From contig NC_068993.1 of the NCBI RefSeq assembly GCF_001194135.2, positions 62,030,352 to 62,094,351 on the forward strand: a stretch of DNA of 64,000 nt, given 5' to 3'. Source of the DNA: Octopus bimaculoides (Eukaryota). The notes beneath the pieces were generated by a model that saw only the letters and a program-made list of their open reading frames with translations, ran no database searches and was not told the DNA's origin. Made by a program: the position numbers and the translations under genes. Shown here in pieces: positions 11,901 to 23,496 of this stretch; the stretch's first letter is position 1; each line of letters starts with the position of its first letter.

Positions 11901-14900
11901 GGAAGAATGTTATCTTCCTTCAGGTCAATGTTAAGCCTTCTGTTTCCTTGCAGACCCAATACAAATTGGTAGAGCTCAGTGGAGATATCCCACCATTCCC
12001 ACTATGCTCCCCTGATCTTGCACCTTTGGATGACCATTTATTTTGATCTTTACAAAATTCTTTTAATGGGAAGAAGCTTAATTCTTTGGAAGAATGAATT
12101 TCTGTACACATCTTTTGACATTATTTTTCATTTTTCCAGGTGTCACTAACACTGTGACTGCTGTCAAAAATGCCCAGATGGCAGAATCTCCAGTTTTGCT
12201 CATAGGTGGCGCTGCAGCAACATTGCTCAAGGTAACTTTTACTACTATCTATATAGATTATAGTTGTTGTTGTTGTTGTTATTGTTAGGGCAGCAAAAGG
12301 CTGCAAGCTGGCAGAATCATTAGCACACCAGGTAGATCTCTAAAATCAACTGTTTTCCATTTAAATATTTAACGATAGTTAAAGCAATTATTCCACAGTT
12401 TAGTGCTTTGCCTGTCCGTGATCAATACATAACGATTTCATATGTATTCTGTTCATTCTGCACCTTTTTTGTCTTAATTCTTTGGATTGCAATTTTTTGT
12501 TTGTTTGTTCGTTCCAGGGCCGTGGATCTTTGCAAGACATTGACCAGCTTTCCTTGTTTAAGTCTCTTTGTAAATTCACAGCCTCAGTATCGACTGTTAA
12601 AGAAATTGTGCCAACACTACAGAAAGCTATCCAAACAGCTCAAAGCGGAACCCCAGGCAAGCGACTCTTTATTTAATTTTTTTTTTTCACTTTTCTTCTG
12701 ATATTTTTTTTTTCACTATCGCCTCAGCTACCACCATCATCACCGTCGCCTCCGCCTCTATCACAACTACAGCTCATTCATTACTATCACCCCATTAGCA
12801 TCTCAGCTGTCAATCTATTTCCCCCCTCACCATCTCTATGCCTACTATTACTCTCACCCCAGCAAGAGGAATAGTAGAAGTGTCATTGAATAATGAGAGA
12901 GGGGGGTCAAAGTGTGACACACTGACATGGAAATTGACATTTATTATTATAGAAGATTTGGCATTTATTATTGTAGAAGATTGCAGAAGGAAACTTGATT
13001 CTCTTTTGTAACATATTAAACGTTTTTTCCATTTCAGAATGTTTCACTCTTCTGTGGTTATTGCTGGATTATTTGGTGTTTTATTTCCTTCTTTGATATT
13101 TCAGGCCCAGTTTTTGTTGAATTCCCCATTGATGTTCTCTATCCTTATGAAACTGTGAAGAAAGAAATGGGAATGAAAGATTCTGGCAAAGGTTTGATGC
13201 AGAATATTGTGAACTGGTAAGTTGTCACTCTCGTCAACATCATCATCATGATCACCATTATCATCATCATCCAACGAGTTGTAGTGCAGCTGGGCATTGC
13301 ATACAATAAGCTTGTTATTATTGTCGTCATCATCATCATCATCATCACTGTCATGATGCAATAGAACGTGTAATTGACTTATGAAAACATTTAGTATACC
13401 TTATAGAATATTGTGTTTGCATAACGAAGTACCATTTGCCTACAAATCAGTAATTAATTTCATCTTTAATGAAATGTTTTTCTTTGTAGTATATCTAATT
13501 AATAAGTTACAGGTTAGACCAAGCTGAAAATTCCTAAACAGAACGTAATAGTGCTATGCATATGATTGCCATCACCATAGTATTGCCACCCGCCTATATA
13601 GTAAGGACTTAGTTCACTCCCTTATATTAATGGCCATAGCTAGAGGGCACCACATGTACAAGAATTTGATTATTTTATATTTTTTGGAAGTTTTTTCTTT
13701 TTTTTTTGTTAGGTATCTCCAGAATCACTTGAACAATTTGTTCTCTGGTGCTTTTGAAGATCGTGATATGTCTCCTCTTCATGTGGACATACCAAAGCCT
13801 TCTCCCTCTCAAGGTACGTAAATGAGCATCAGTGACATTCATCCCAGATCTATTAAAACTATAAAATAGTAATGAAGGACATAGTTGCTTGACTTGCTAA
13901 AAACATCAGTTCAATTTCTCTCAGATTATGCTGTATCATCTTTAAGAAGGAATGACAAGGTCATCTTTGATACACAAAAATAACAATATGGTCGTATCTA
14001 GAACACATCTAATCATAATCCTATGTGATCAAGATGATCCATTGTTAACCCTTTAACATTCAGATTACTTTGTCAAATGTAAATGCTTATTTATCCACAT
14101 TGTTTTGAATTAATCATGGATTATCTCATAGCTTTGAGATTTCAAGGATGTGATTGTTTATTTTTAGAATGATATTGTAGGGTAGGTGCGAGAGGCTGGA
14201 TCTGGCTAGTTTGAACATAAGACTGATCGAATATTTGGGCTGGATATAACTCGTTTAAATGCTAAAGGGGTGAGTAAACAATGACAGTAAGAAAAAGTTA
14301 AATGTAATCGAAGATTCTCCATTAAATTTAAGCAAAATTTCCTGCCATGGTGCATGGATGAAGTTTGTAACCAGGGCCGGTGCCCCTGACTGTCTCCCAT
14401 GCCGGTGGTGCGTAAAAAGCACTATCCGAACTTGGTTGATGCCAGGTCTGCCTGACTGGTTCCCATGCCAGTGGCACGTAAAAAGTACCATCTGAACGTG
14501 ATCGTTGCCAGGCCCTCCTGACTGGCTCCTGTGCTGGTAGCATGTAAAAAGCACCCACTACACACTCAGAGTGGTGAGCATTAGGAAGTGCATCCAGGTG
14601 TAGAAACATTCCCAGATCAGATTAGAGCTTGGTGCAGCCACTGGCTCACCAGACCTCAGTCATGCCAGCATGGAAAACAGATGTTAAACGATGACAACGG
14701 CACAGCAGTGACTTGAACCTTTACTGTCTTGTTTCAGTGCAGAAATGTGCCGAATTACTCTCCAAGGCCAAGAAACCAGTTTTCATATTGGGAAGTCAAA
14801 TTACACTGCCACCAGTTCCTGTAGAAAACCTATGTCAATCTCTTGAGGTAAATATTTTTAAAATTTGTTTAAATACCCATATTTTCTCCATAATTACTTT

Positions 14901-17900
14901 TGTTGTTATTGTTATTGATGGTTATAATAATAATAGTAATAATCCTTTCTGTTGAAGGCACAAGGCCTGAAATTTGTGGGGAGGGGACTAGTTGATTATA
15001 TCGACCCCAGTGTTTCACTGGTACTTAATTTATTGACCCCAAAAGGATGAAAGGCAAAGTCAACCTCAGCAGAATTTGAATAATAATGATAATAATAATA
15101 ATCTTTTCTACTCTAGGCACAAGGCCTGAAATTTTTTGGGAGGTGGGAGGGCAGTTGATTAGATTGACCCCAGTATGCAACTGGTACTTAATTTATCGAC
15201 CCTGAAAGGATGAAAGGCAAAGTTGACCCCAGCGGAATTTGAATAATAATAATAATAATAATGTTTCTAACAAAGGTATAAGGCCACATATTGAGAGGAT
15301 GAAAGTGACCCCAGCGCTTGGTTGGAACTTTATTTTATGAATCCAGAGCTGAAGAAAGATGAGATGTGAACTCAGAATGTAAGGAGCCAGAACAAATATT
15401 GCAGGGCATTTTGTCCCACTGCTCTAATGATTCTGTCAATCTTCTCAAAGACTTTTGGAGACAATAGCAAGAATCTGTACTTGTGTACTCTTTTCCCCTA
15501 AAAGACCTTGCTTCACCTTTAAGTCTTAGGCAAAGCTGTTTTCCCATTTCTGTGGACGAAACCTTCAGGTTTCAATGGAGAGGGCAGCAGCTGCAATGCA
15601 TTGTGGGATGCTGAGAGCAAGATGAGGCAAGCAAGACATCTTGGTTGTCCACTGCATCTGTCACCATTCCTGGTCATCTTGACCTGGTCTTGCCAACGAA
15701 CTGAAAACGGTCACAAACTGGAGAGTGAGACAAAAGGCGTATGACTCTTCTTCACTTTAAACAAAGTCCCCATAAAAGTTATCAACCATTCTTAAGGATG
15801 GCCAAATGGTCCTCATCGCTGCAGCACCATCAACATTCACTCACTATATTCACTGACTGTATTTACTTTCTACATTTACATCTCACATTCATTCACTGAC
15901 CCCTTATGCTGCTGTTTTTGTCTTCTTCCCTCATTTGTATCTTCAAATCCGTTTGGCCTAGAATATTGGCGTTCCATGTTTCCTTGGTGGTATGTCACGT
16001 GGACTTTTAGGAAGAAATAACCCTTTACAGATGAGACAGCAGCGTCGGGAGGCACTGAAAGAGGCTGACCTTATCGTTCTTGCTGGTAACCTGATTTCTT
16101 TTTTATTTTCATTTCATTTCCTGTTAAAAAAAAATACAAGTATTTTTTATTTTCTTATAAATATTATTTTAATTTTATCTTTTTTAATTTTTTTAAAAAT
16201 CTATTGCATTTTATGTCATAGCATTTTGTGTTCATTTTCCCATGCTTGCATAAGTTGGATGGGCCTTCCCCAGAGCTCAATATCTTACTGCTTGTTGTGG
16301 TCCCTTGAGAGTTCCAGCCTTTTGAGATCAACCTTCATCACTTCTTTGCATGCCTCCCTCAGTCTTCCTCTTCTCCAAGTTCCTTCCACTTTGATCACCC
16401 CACAAACTTTACCCAACTCACATCTTCCATACACACAGTATCTCCATTTCAGTGCAGTGATCCTCTATTCTTCATCATCCATGCACACTAACATTACACA
16501 TCCAGTGGAGCATGTTCACCTAATTTCTTTTAAGGCTTCACTCATTCTCTGCATCCACTGCCCATGTTTTGCTACCATGCAGTATCACACTTGGTACTTA
16601 AGCATCATACACTCTGCCCTTCACTCAAGGAGAGAATCCTTTTGTTACCAGCAGATGTAATAGTTCCTTAACATTTCTCCTCTTTTCCCCACTCCTTTTT
16701 TAATCAGGCTGGTTACTTAGATAATAGAAGCTGTCAGATATTTCTAGAAGCATTTTAAAATTCATAGATACTCTTATTGCTAACTACTCTTGTATATCTG
16801 CTACATACAGAATCATTCTTTCCTGTCTATTTCTGATCACACTACATCTGAAGTGCAACTCTTGTTTATATTGGTCACACATTACAGAGATCCTACCAAC
16901 CCTTTTCTCTGCAGAATGAGCATGACTGCTTCCCTGATGACAGCAGAGTTCTGTGTTCTTTCCTGCTGACCAAATAGTTGTCTTGGCTAGGTTTACTTTT
17001 AGATGTCTTGATTGTAAGGCACTGCTTCCTTATTTGGAACTTTTTTCTCTAATTCTTTGATTGCCATGGATAACCAGTCTTGAAGTTCACTAGTTATGAC
17101 CTGTATAACTAGAATAAACACCTGACTAAACATTGAGCCTCTGAGCCCAGAAACTGTCATCTTGCTAATACCACCCCTGTATTTAGCTTACATAGTTCTC
17201 ATAAGCCATTTCTTTGCATCTAATTTTGTTTGTGAGCAGGTTAATGAAAGCTGGGATTAGGGGCTTATTTTTAGCTAAATACTTCATTTCTGTTCCTTTT
17301 ACAAAAAAATGCTTCAGAATATGAAATTTTGCTCAGATCCTCTGAAGAAAGAAATAAACAAAAAAGGAATAAATAAGAGAATTTCCAAAGGTTTAAGGAA
17401 CATTAATCAGATTGTTATTCTTAGAAGTTTTATACTATCAAAAGAAAATCCTGTCCCACTACTTCCTTCTCTTACATCCCATGGCTGATGATTAGACAGA
17501 AATGCAAGAGAGTTTTGTTAGCAGTTTGTGCAGACCCTTAGCTTCTTAGGTCCCTAACTAGTGTCACTATTTAGATGTGGGTTGCAGTTTGTGATTCACT
17601 TCATATACAGTAATCCCTCGCCATATCGGGGTTTATCATTTAAACTTACATCAATTCTTCCGTGGTGTTGTTTTGCATTTATAATAAAATAAATATATAC
17701 AAAGTATAAAAATAATTTTAAAAAATATTCAGTACAGTACTGTTTCTACTTGGCAGATTTTCACATCTTGTGCGGGGTGGGGTTGGAACATAACCCCTGC
17801 AATAGTTGAAGGATTACTGTAATTCTAACCAGACACTGTAAACTGTTTGTTAGAGAGAAGTTGGTTAAAGTAAACTCAATTACAGGTTCTTTCGTTAGTA

Positions 17901-20900
17901 TAATTTGCATTAGTTTGCCTTACCGATATCTTTTCGATTCTTATCTTTTATGTTTTGATCACTCATTATTCACACTTTTATTTGATTCTTGCATCTTTTA
18001 ATGTGATTCCAGGAACTGTTTGTGATTTCCGTCTTGGATATGGTCGGTCACTGAACAGAAAAGCGAAAATAATTACTGTCAACCGTTCCAAAGAACAGCT
18101 GTATAAAGTAAATATTTCTGTATTCTATGATTTAGAGATCTGACATAAAAGTAACATTTGAAACAACCACAAAAGCTGATATACTGTGGAAAGAATTAAG
18201 AACAATGGATTGCTACTCACCCCTATGCGGGTCCGAGTGCAATTGGGGCCTCTATTCATTAAATCTAGGTGACAGAAATGTAGAATGTTGTATCAAATCA
18301 TGTCAACATTTCAGTTGGTGGTGGAGGTGAGGTTGGGCCGGGGGGAAGGGAACACTGATTAATTATGTTGGTCCCATACATTTGATTAATTATCTCTATG
18401 GTGTGGGTCAGCTGATGTTATGTTGAATATGTCTGCACAACAACAATAACAACAATGACAATGTTAGCAATAATAACTGCTCCAGTTGTCTGTTTTGGCT
18501 TGGTTTCTCCTGCTGGAAGAACGTACAGGGTGCCACGTGTGGTGCTGGTACAGATGCTTTTTATGTGGCACCAGCACGGGTACTTTTTATATGGCACCGG
18601 CATGGGTGCTTTTTATGTGGCACCAGCACGGGTGCTTTTTATGTGGCACCAGCATGGGTGGTTTTTGCATGGCACTGACATGGGAACTTTTTACATGGCG
18701 TCACCACAATATGTTGAATTAAATTTAATATGTGTTAATCATCATCGCCATTTAGTGTCCATTTCCTGTGCAGGCATGGTTTAACAGTTGAACAGGATTT
18801 GGCAAGCCTGAGGATTAAGCCAAGCTCCAGTAAGTCTGCTTTGGCATGGTTTCTATGGCTACATTCCCTTCTTAATGCCAACTACTCTACAGAGTGTACT
18901 GGGTGCCTTTCTTATATGGCATTGCTACTAAGTATCAATATATGTGTTAATGGATTTGCTAACCTGAATATAACATGTAAATATATATTGTTGAAAAGTT
19001 TTTGAATTATTCTCAGTGAACTGGTATTCCATTGCTGGTTCCCATGCTGGTGACACTGTAAAAAGCACCCACTACACTCTCGGAGTGGTTGGTGTTAGGA
19101 AGAGCATCCAGCTGTAGAAACATCGCCAGATCAGATTGGAGTCTGGTGCAGCCGCTGGCTCTCCAGACCTCAGTCAAACCATCCAACCCATGCCAGCATG
19201 AAAAACGGACGTTAAACAATGATGATGATGATTTAATAAAGTAATCTGAATGTCAATAGGTTAATGTAAAATAAAGCAAAAAATGATTCTAATCAGATCC
19301 TTTCTTACCTCATTTCTTCTTATTTTCTTTGCTAATTTTGACGATCCTCCTTGATTGACATCATGCAATTACTTAACCTATTCTTCCATTATTCTTCTCT
19401 TCAGAATTCCGATATGTTTTGGAAACCAACTGTTGCCATCCAGGGAGATGCTGCTACATTTGTCACTCAACTGTCTTCAACACTTCAAGGTTACAAGTGT
19501 GACCCAGAATGGTTGTCCACATTACGGGAAAGAGATAATCTGAAAGAGAAAGCAAACGAGTAATTGATGTTTTTGTTAATGAGAGGATTAGTAATTTTGT
19601 TGTATCTATATCAAAGATATAGACCAAAGCCTTGAGCGTTTATTTGATTCACAGAATCTGAAAGTAGCCATCATGTATGTGTGTGTGACTGTGTAGATAT
19701 GTATGTGTGCATGTGTTTGTGCCATCTTCTCTTGACATTGCGTGACTTGTAAATAAGTGATATTCATTTCTATTATTCGGGCCATTGGGGAACATGTAAG
19801 GGTTGGTGACAGGAAATGCATCCAAATGTAGAAAATCTGTCTCAGTAAATTCTGTCCAATCCAAGCAAGCACAGAAAAGTAGACATTAAAATAATGATGA
19901 TAATGATGATGAAGAAGAAGAAAGCGAAACACTTTCTTTGTGTTATCTCTTCAATCATCCAAACAAGGGAAATCCAACAATGACAAACCAGCAGGAGCTG
20001 CATAGTTTGGCTCATTCTACAGTTACAAAAAATGGATTCCACATTATGTTCCTATTTTACTTTAGCATTTCTGGTTATGCCAAACCCAACTTGGAGTCTA
20101 TCAAGACATTACCACTCATCTTTGTAGACTCCAAGTCTTCCAACAAATTTTTCTGCTAGTTCCATTTTCACATCAGGCAAAGTGTAAGGTTGTGAGAATC
20201 CTTTAGTCTTGTTGAAGACATGACATTTGTCTAGTGTAGGGGCCAAGGAAAAATTGCCCAATACACTTTCTAAAGTGTTTGGCATTAGGAATGGTATCCA
20301 GCTGTAGAAACCGTGCCAAAAAATGGAAACTGAGTGAGATGAAATTTCTTGTCTATGTGAGCATTCCCAAGTTCTGCTGACTTCAATAGTGATAACCAAT
20401 TCCAATGAATGAAAGCATGGAAAGCAAATACAAAATGATGGTGATGATATATATTGTAAATTATGTTCTATTCTTTTTAGGAAAAAAGGTGAAGAAAAAA
20501 CAGATAAACACCTGAATCCAGTTAAACTGTTGCAACTGACTGAAGAGATTCTTACAGATGACAGCATTCTTGTAGCTGATGGGGGTGACTTTGTGGGTAC
20601 TGCTTCCTACATTCTCAGGTAAATCATTCATCAGTTCCATATTTAAGAGATGACGAATTATGTACATTATTTACATTTTTTACATCTCGTTGTGAGATTT
20701 AAAAATAGTAATTTTCTAATATACATTTTGTTGTGACAAATTTAATTCAATCAATTTGCATAGAAAAAACATTTGAGAGTTTCTGTGGAAGGTAGGTCTT
20801 TTATTTGGTCTTTTGAAGATTTTGGAAATTAATAAGATTCAAATCTTTTTAATGGTGGAAGTCAAGGTTGATGAAGCTGTAGAATATAGGGTTTAAAAAA

Positions 20901-23496
20901 CCCCCCTTACTTGGTAAAAATGTCAAAGGTTGTTATGACCCCAGAAGAGATAAGTACCAGTAGAGCAGTGAGGTCAATACCTTTGACTTACTTGTTTACC
21001 TTAAATTTCAAACCTTATGCCTTTTGTAGAAAGAATTGTAGCTTTATCCACTACGAGTTCCACCTTTAAAGTGATTATATTTCATAAATGTATATCGATA
21101 TTAAATTTAATATTTTTGCAGACCCCGTGGCCCTTTATGTTGGTTAGATCCTGGTGCATTTGGAACTCTTGGCGTTGGTGGAGGATTTGCACTTGGAGCC
21201 AAAATTTGTCGTCCAGAAAGCGATGTGTGGATTATATATGGTGATGGTTCTCTTGGATTTAGTGTAGCTGAGTTTGATACTTTTACACGACACAAGGTAA
21301 ATTGATAAACAACACAATTTATTGATTTTCTTTGAATTTGTAGATTTAGTCAACCCATACTAGCATAGAAAATAATTGATATAAAACAGCAGAGATCAAC
21401 TGACATACACTAACATGGATTGGATGGGGGTATCCATAATAATATATTTGAGTCTTAGTTTAACATTGCCTCACATGAGTCAGGTGGAATTCATTGAGGC
21501 AGGTTTTCTACTGTTGGATGTCCTCCCTGTTGCCAACCCTTCCCTTTTTTTGAGCAAGGAAATATTTCCCTGTGACAGGACATGTTTTTCTTTGAAGAGA
21601 GAAATTGAAGGACACATGATGGTAACATTCATTTACAATTATTATGTAATATCAAGACAAGGAGACACAATCTCACACACACATCCATGCACATATTTAC
21701 AACAGGTTTCTTTCACTCACAAGGCTTTGGTCAGCTTGAGGCTATTGTAGAAAACACTTGACCAAGGTGCCACTTAGTGGGACTGAATCCCAAACCATGT
21801 GATTAGAAAGCGATCTTCTCAACCACACAACCTGCCTGACACCACAGTAATAACAAGGAAAGCCAGACCCAGTATAATTTGAACTCAAAACCTGGAAGGT
21901 TAAAACTAAGTACTTAGAAACTGTTCTACCAACTGACCTTTCTGAACCAGTTTTAATTACACTCCACTCCTATGTCTTCTGGAGACAATTACACAACTCG
22001 TTTATATTATTTCTTTGTTTTAGATGCCTGTTATTGCTCTTGTTGGTAATGATGCTGGTTGGACACAGATTTACAGGGAACAAGTACCGATGTTTGGCAG
22101 TAGCGTCGCCTGTGACCTAAGTGTAAGAAATTACTTGATTACATTTCCATTTCTGGACTTCTGAGCTGATATTTTAAATTCATGTTTCTGCGTGGTTGTT
22201 GCCAGTGTTGCCAGTGCTGCCAGCGTGGTTGTTGCCAGTGCTGCCAGACTGGCTCCTGTGCAGGTGGCATGTAAAAAGCACCATTTGAGCGTAGCTGATG
22301 CCAGTATCGCCTGACTGCCCTTGTGCCAGTGGCACGTAAAAGCACCCACTACACTCTCGGAGTGGTTAGCGTTAGGACGGGCATCCAGCTGTAGAAACTT
22401 TGCCAAATCAGATTGGAGACTAGTGCAGACTTCTGGCTCGCCAGCCCTCAGTCAAATTGTCCAACCCATGCCAGCATAGAAAGTGGACGTCAAATGATGA
22501 TGATGATGATGATATATCATGGACTCTCCCATCATTAGCACAATGTATGAGGATTTGGCAATTTCTTGCCGAACAACCACACACATGATTTGTTTATAGT
22601 GATCAAATGTTTGTGTAGACATAAGCTCACTCCCTCCATCAAACTGACATTACCTGTACAGGTGCAACGGGTGCCAAATGTCAGATGTTGAAATGATCGC
22701 AGAGCAACGTGAAATGAAGTGTTTTGCTCAAGAACATAATGCAGCGCCTGGTCTGGGAATCAAATCCATCATGTCACAATATATGTATATATATTTATGT
22801 GTGTGTGTGTGTATGCGGTTGTCACCTGCCACTGCTTGACAACCAGTGATGGGTTGTTTACATCCCCTTATTCTCTCAGTCTCAAACAAGGCCGATAGAA
22901 TAAACACCAGGCTAAAAAATAGTCAACTACTGGTGTTGATTTGTTCGACTAAACCCTTCAAGGTGGAGCCCCAGCCTGGCCACAATCTAATGACTGAAAC
23001 AAGTAAAAGATAAAACCCAAAGTAGGGAGAGTGTTATTGTCGGGGCTGTGGAGTCAAAACAAAAAACTTTGACTCCTCTACTATTGACACCTCTGACTCT
23101 GACTCCTCTATGTAATTAAGTGATTGTGGTCTATTTTACTGACTCCGACTCCAGCTACCCCTTAATTGTTTCTGACTCCCTGGTTATCTTAAATACATCA
23201 CTTTATTTCATTCTGTCTTTGTGTGTTTTAGACCAGATTTCAGTTCTTCTCGTTTTTTACCAAAATTTAGTTTTTCTCTTACTCTTTTTTTTCATTTTCT
23301 TCATATCCAGTTCTCGTCCTACCATACTGTTGCCGAGGGTTTTGGCGGTAAAGGTTACCAACTGGACAGAAGCAATGAAGAACAGATACCGACAATACTC
23401 AGACAATGCCAAAAGGATGCCAGAGAAGGTCACAGTGTTCTGATTAATGCTTTGATTGGTAAAACTAACTTCCGAGAAGGCAGCATATCCGTTTAA
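3947..23496 (+). CDS. ILVBL: ILVBL / 2-hydroxyacyl-CoA lyase 2 (acetolactate synthase-like, ThDP-dependent), whole gene span, about 625 aa
   Basis: Exons joined by hand: (3947-4060 or 5709-5822), 8986-9039, 10291-10395, 11368-11446, 12140-12231, 12518-12656, 13105-13216, 13713-13813, 14738-14847, 15962-16085, 18013-18107, 19405-19559, 20481-20618, 21122-21296, 22024-22122, 23311-23496. The total is 1878 nt and all phases are compatible. Contains the catalytic TRHE motif, the ThDP motif GDGSLGFS...LVGNDAGW and the C-terminus FREGSISV. Confidence 0.96.
4129..4455. repeat. Compound (TAGC)/(GATA)/(GA) microsatellite with repeated GATTGACAGCTAGC modules
   Basis: Direct reading; a shorter homologous tract follows exon 1b at 5885-5977. 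Confidence 0.9.
5709..5822 (+). CDS. ILVBL: ILVBL coding exon 1b (duplicate N-terminal membrane anchor)
   Basis: [38 protein letters not shown]|gtatgt, phase 0. Differs from exon 1a at 11 of 114 nt with no indels. Confidence 0.78.
6413..6802. other. Assembly gap (other gaps: 38796-38895, 44770-44849, 45481-45789, 56155-56411)
   Basis: Runs of N. Confidence 0.98.
6803..7300 (+). mobile_element. Penelope-like element 3' fragment (GIY-YIG C-terminal tail plus downstream repeat)
   Basis: ORF 6819-7040 reads [12 protein letters not shown]...[27 protein letters not shown], resembling PLE GIY-YIG C-termini. Downstream sequence recurs at 11000-11220, 23780-23990 and 55430-55520. The 5' part is lost in the N-gap. 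Confidence 0.7.
7031..7075 (+). ncRNA. Minimal type-I hammerhead ribozyme motif (family 1)
   Basis: GGACCA-CUGAUGA-G-GUCACA(GAAG)UGUGAC-GAAA-GAAC-UC-UGGCC: intact core, 6-bp stem II, very short stem III, stem I with one mismatch. Confidence 0.7.
8424..8644. mobile_element. TTAA-type (piggyBac-like) MITE
   Basis: TTAA-CCCTTTCGTTAC ... GTAACAAAAGGG-TTCA; 12-bp TIR with one mismatch; second decayed copy at about 46890-47120. Confidence 0.7.
8986..9039 (+). CDS. ILVBL: ILVBL exon 2
   Basis: ttccag|[18 protein letters not shown]|gtaagc. Confidence 0.92.
9471..9525. repeat. 17-bp tandem repeat x3
   Basis: TATCACTAATTACATAT at 9471, 9488 and 9505. Confidence 0.9.
9832..10102. mobile_element. hAT-type MITE with 8-bp target-site duplication
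   Basis: TIRs CAGAGCTGTGGAGTC / GACTCCACAGCCCTG; TSD CCACCACT at 9824-9831 and 10103-10110; internal GACTCC repeats; partial copy at about 23040-23190. Confidence 0.8.
10291..10395 (+). CDS. ILVBL: ILVBL exon 3
   Basis: ttctag|[35 protein letters not shown]|gtatgt. Confidence 0.96.
10917..11048. repeat. Head-to-head inverted pair of degenerate family-1 hammerhead repeats
   Basis: Minus copy CUGAGGA-A-GUCACA-GGAUG-UGUGAU-GAAA-GAACU (10951-10918); plus copy UAGUCA-GUGAAAA-G-GUCACA-GGAUG-UGUGAU-GAAA-GAACUU-UGAUUA (11002-11048); central perfect 13-bp hairpin at 10971-10999. Confidence 0.75.
11254..11305. repeat. 15-bp tandem repeat x3.5
   Basis: AATTTTGAGCATTCT at 11254, 11269 and 11284. Confidence 0.9.
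11368..11446 (+). CDS. ILVBL: ILVBL exon 4
   Basis: tattag|[26 protein letters not shown](G)|gtactg. Confidence 0.95.
12140..12231 (+). CDS. ILVBL: ILVBL exon 5
   Basis: ttccag|(G)[30 protein letters not shown]|gtaact. Confidence 0.96.
12518..12656 (+). CDS. ILVBL: ILVBL exon 6 (ends at a GC donor)
   Basis: ttccag|[46 protein letters not shown](G)|gcaagc; homology requires the junction TPG-PVFVE. Confidence 0.93.
13105..13216 (+). CDS. ILVBL: ILVBL exon 7
   Basis: tttcag|(G)[36 protein letters not shown](W)|gtaagt. Confidence 0.95.
13713..13813 (+). CDS. ILVBL: ILVBL exon 8
   Basis: tgttag|(W)[33 protein letters not shown](V)|gtacgt. Confidence 0.94.
14738..14847 (+). CDS. ILVBL: ILVBL exon 9
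   Basis: tttcag|(V)[36 protein letters not shown]|gtaaat. Confidence 0.95.
15962..16085 (+). CDS. ILVBL: ILVBL exon 10
   Basis: gcctag|[41 protein letters not shown](G)|gtaacc. Confidence 0.95.
16230..17230 (-). mobile_element. Decayed RTE LINE 3' part in ILVBL intron 10
   Basis: Minus-strand [30 protein letters not shown] and the shared CCATCCAAC..ATGCAAGCATGG tail. Confidence 0.7.
18013..18107 (+). CDS. ILVBL: ILVBL exon 11
   Basis: ttccag|(G)[31 protein letters not shown]|gtaaat. Confidence 0.95.
19405..19559 (+). CDS. ILVBL: ILVBL exon 12
   Basis: cttcag|[51 protein letters not shown](E)|gtaatt. Confidence 0.95.
19950..20220 (-). mobile_element. Highly decayed LINE RT fragment
   Basis: Minus-strand ILTTLHFA* resembles (I)SNLRFADD. 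Confidence 0.4.
20481..20618 (+). CDS. ILVBL: ILVBL exon 13
   Basis: ttttag|(E)[45 protein letters not shown](R)|gtaaat. Confidence 0.95.
20632..20676 (-). repeat. 3' tail fragment of the family-2 element
   Basis: Reverse complement matches 61780-61825 (TGTAAATAATGTACATAATTCnTCATCTCTTAAATAT). Confidence 0.7.
21122..21296 (+). CDS. ILVBL: ILVBL exon 14 (ThDP-binding GDG motif)
   Basis: ttgcag|(R)[58 protein letters not shown]|gtaaat. Confidence 0.97.
22024..22122 (+). CDS. ILVBL: ILVBL exon 15
   Basis: ttttag|[33 protein letters not shown]|gtaaga. Confidence 0.96.
23311..23496 (+). CDS. ILVBL: ILVBL exon 16 (last coding exon)
   Basis: atccag|[61 protein letters not shown]. Confidence 0.96.
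   Translation, partial: FSSYHTVAEGFGGKGYQLDRSNEEQIPTILRQCQKDAREGHSVLINALIGKTNFREGSISV

Noticed and set aside
16086-16660. 222-aa ORF continuing past ILVBL exon 10
   Set aside because: Homology stops at the GT donor at 16086; the remainder is intron plus the antisense strand of an RTE LINE
18540-18700. Regularly spaced 25-30-nt repeats (CRISPR-like appearance); also 14380-14560 and 22180-22340
   Set aside because: Internal tandem repeats of a SINE family, with no unique spacers or cas genes, in a eukaryotic genome
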